Assembly (NCBI GenBank): GCA_003131925.1
Contig: PKWC01000255.1
Span: forward strand, 3,973 to 39,467
DNA from: Alphaproteobacteria bacterium
Lineage (GTDB): Bacteria > Pseudomonadota > Alphaproteobacteria > Micropepsales > Micropepsaceae
Direction: 5' to 3'
Length of the DNA stretch: 35,495 nt
Shown: positions 33,742-35,495 of the stretch, in pieces
Layout of the letters: each line of letters begins with the position of its first letter
How positions within the stretch are numbered: position 1 is the first letter of the stretch
Made by a program: the position numbers and the translations under genes
The notes under the pieces: model-generated
What the model saw: only the letters and a program-made list of their open reading frames with translations
Database searches by the model: none
Told to the model about the DNA's origin: nothing

Positions 33742-35495
33742 CAAATTCCGTATGAAACCCGATAGGAATTCCCAGCCCGGTGATTTCGGAACCGCGCGAC
33801 CGCCCACAACGGGAAAAACTTCGAATACCCATGATAGCGCAAATAGAAGACGCGTGGGAAGCCTCCCCCCGTGTAGCTTTCCTCCGGCCAAAGCCCTTGA
33901 TTGTCTTGCATTTTCTGGAGAAAGCCGATTCCCCGCGTGACGGCAGGATGGTCGATCCGCCCTGCGGCCATGAGTCCCAAGAGCGCCCAGGCGGTCTGCG
34001 ACGGCGCAGAAGGCGCCGGCTCGTATCCGTGATAGTCGAGCTTGTAGCTGTCGCAGCTCTCTCCCCAGCCGCCATCCTCGTTCTGAATCGCGACAAGCCA
34101 GTCTGCCGCCCTGCGAATGCTGGGCGAATCGGGGTCGAGACCGGCCGCGTTGAGGCCCGCGAGCGCCGACCATGTGCCATAGATGTAGTTCACGCCCCAT
34201 CGACCGAACCAGCTGCCGTCCTTTTCCTGGACGTGGGCCATGAAATCGAGCGCCGCCTTCATCGGAGGACTGTCCGAAGTCTCGCCCAATTGCGCGAGCA
34301 TACCGATGCATCGGGCGGTCACGTCGGCAGTGGGCGGGTCAAGAAGCGCGCCGTGATCGGCGAATGGAATGTTGTTGAGATAGTGATCGGTATTGTCAGC
34401 ATCGAATGCCGCCCAACCGCCATTGCGGCTTTGCAAGCCCTCAAGCCATTCGCGCCCGCGCGCGATCGCTTCGGAGTAATCGCTGCGCGCCCTGCCGATG
34501 CTGCGCGCGCGATCGAGCGTCATCACCACCACGGCAGTATCGTCGAGGTCGGGATAGTGAGCATTGTTGTACTGAAACGCCCATCCACCCGGACGCACAT
34601 CGGGCCGCTCCTCCGCCCAATCTCCTTTGACGTGCAAAACCTGCCGTGACTTCAGCCATTCGCACATGGCGCCGATCCGCGCGTCGGCATTCGCGCAGCG
34701 GGATTCCATCAGGGCATGCGCGGCGAGAGCAGTATCCCACACCGGCGAGACGCAGGGCTGGCAATAGGCCTCGTCCGCCCGGTGCACGAGGAGATTCTCG
34801 ACCGATTTGCGCGCCAATGCACGCTCTGCATGAGCGGTCGGATAGCGGAGCGCGTCGTACATCATCACGCTGTTAGCCATGGCAGGATAGATGGCGCCGA
34901 GACCGTCCTCGCCATTCAACCGCTCGGACACGAACTCCACGCAGCGCGCGATGGCGCGCTTGCGCAATCTCCCTGGCCAGACCGGTTCGACAAGCTTGAG
35001 AATACGATCGAGCACGGAAAACAAGGCCGCCCACCAGGGGTTCTGGTGCGGCGCGCGCAATGGAGGCGGCGCGCCGCTGTCGGCGAACAGCTCCCCGATA
35101 TGGATTCCGCGCGGATTGCGCGCCAGCGGCCGCAGAGTCGCAAGCACCAGCAGCGGCACGATCACCGTGCGCGCCCAATACGACATTTTCGACAGATGGA
35201 TCGGAAACCAGCGCGGCAGCAGGATGATCTCAACGGGAATGGTCGGCACGTTTCGCCACGACGATTCCCCGAAGAACGCAAGCAGGATGCGCGTGAAAAC
35301 ATTTGATCGCGCGGCGCCACCGCGCGCCAGCAGCTCTTCGCGCGCGCGGCGCATATGCGCCGCTTCGGGCAGATCGCCGATCATCTTCAGCGCGAAATAG
35401 GCCTTGACGCTGGCGCTGATGTCGAAGGCGCCGCCATGGATCAGCGGCCAGCCGCCGTGCTCGCCGAGATGATGCAGCGCCGCCATGTAGATCTG
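33741..35495 (-). CDS. shc: Squalene-hopene cyclase, 5'-truncated by the window end
   Basis: HGGWPL...SASVKAYFALK, CQPCVSPVWDTA, catalytic YPDLDDTAVV, QW repeats (QSRNGGWAAFD, QEKDGSWFGRWG, QNEDGGWGE), YLRYHGY. Frame is open to the window edge. Confidence 0.96.
   Translation of the reverse strand, partial: QIYMAALHHLGEHGGWPLIHGGAFDISASVKAYFALKMIGDLPEAAHMRRAREELLARGGAARSNVFTRILLAFFGESSWRNVPTIPVEIILLPRWFPIHLSKMSYWARTVIVPLLVLATLRPLARNPRGIHIGELFADSGAPPPLRAPHQNPWWAALFSVLDRILKLVEPVWPGRLRKRAIARCVEFVSERLNGEDGLGAIYPAMANSVMMYDALRYPTAHAERALARKSVENLLVHRADEAYCQPCVSPVWDTALAAHALMESRCANADARIGAMCEWLKSRQVLHVKGDWAEERPDVRPGGWAFQYNNAHYPDLDDTAVVVMTLDRARSIGRARSDYSEAIARGREWLEGLQSRNGGWAAFDADNTDHYLNNIPFADHGALLDPPTADVTARCIGMLAQLGETSDSPPMKAALDFMAHVQEKDGSWFGRWGVNYIYGTWSALAGLNAAGLDPDSPSIRRAADWLVAIQNEDGGWGESCDSYKLDYHGYEPAPSAPSQTAWALLGLMAAGRIDHPAVTRGIGFLQKMQDNQGLWPEESYTGGGFPRVFYLRYHGYSKFFPLWAVARFRNHRAGNSYRVSYGI

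Noticed and set aside
33055-34311. 418-aa version of HpnG
   Set aside because: The N-terminal 190 codons overlap shc out of frame. The true start is ATG 33741 (TGATG coupling).

Overview
GC-rich window, most likely from an alphaproteobacterium (inferred from gene content and motif types; no rRNA, tRNA, CRISPR array or transposase seen). Left to right: a truncated REP/REPIN-like inverted-repeat element; a branched-chain 2-oxo acid dehydrogenase operon (E1 alpha, E1 beta, E2); a GIN-domain/CHY zinc-finger/VOC/GST cluster; an outer-membrane beta-barrel-like protein; a small secreted Cys/Tyr/Asp-rich protein; a secreted prolyl oligopeptidase; a DUF4403-like protein; a ligase-associated exonuclease plus ATP-dependent DNA ligase, with an alphaproteobacterial LexA-box match in the divergent intergenic region; a small lipoprotein; and a DUF969-DUF979-DUF2891 operon. 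The right-hand 17 kb is an envelope lipid/glycan locus: HGSNAT-like acetyltransferase, ceramide-synthase-like GNAT, SDR, GT2-GtrA fusion, three GT-C-like membrane proteins and a GH18-NodB-GT2 fusion. It runs directly into hopanoid genes (ispH, hpnH, hpnG, 5'-truncated shc). This locus is the best candidate for an undescribed system. All family assignments come from motif recognition by eye, no searches were run, and many starts were corrected from the supplied ORF track using RBS and stop/start overlap evidence.
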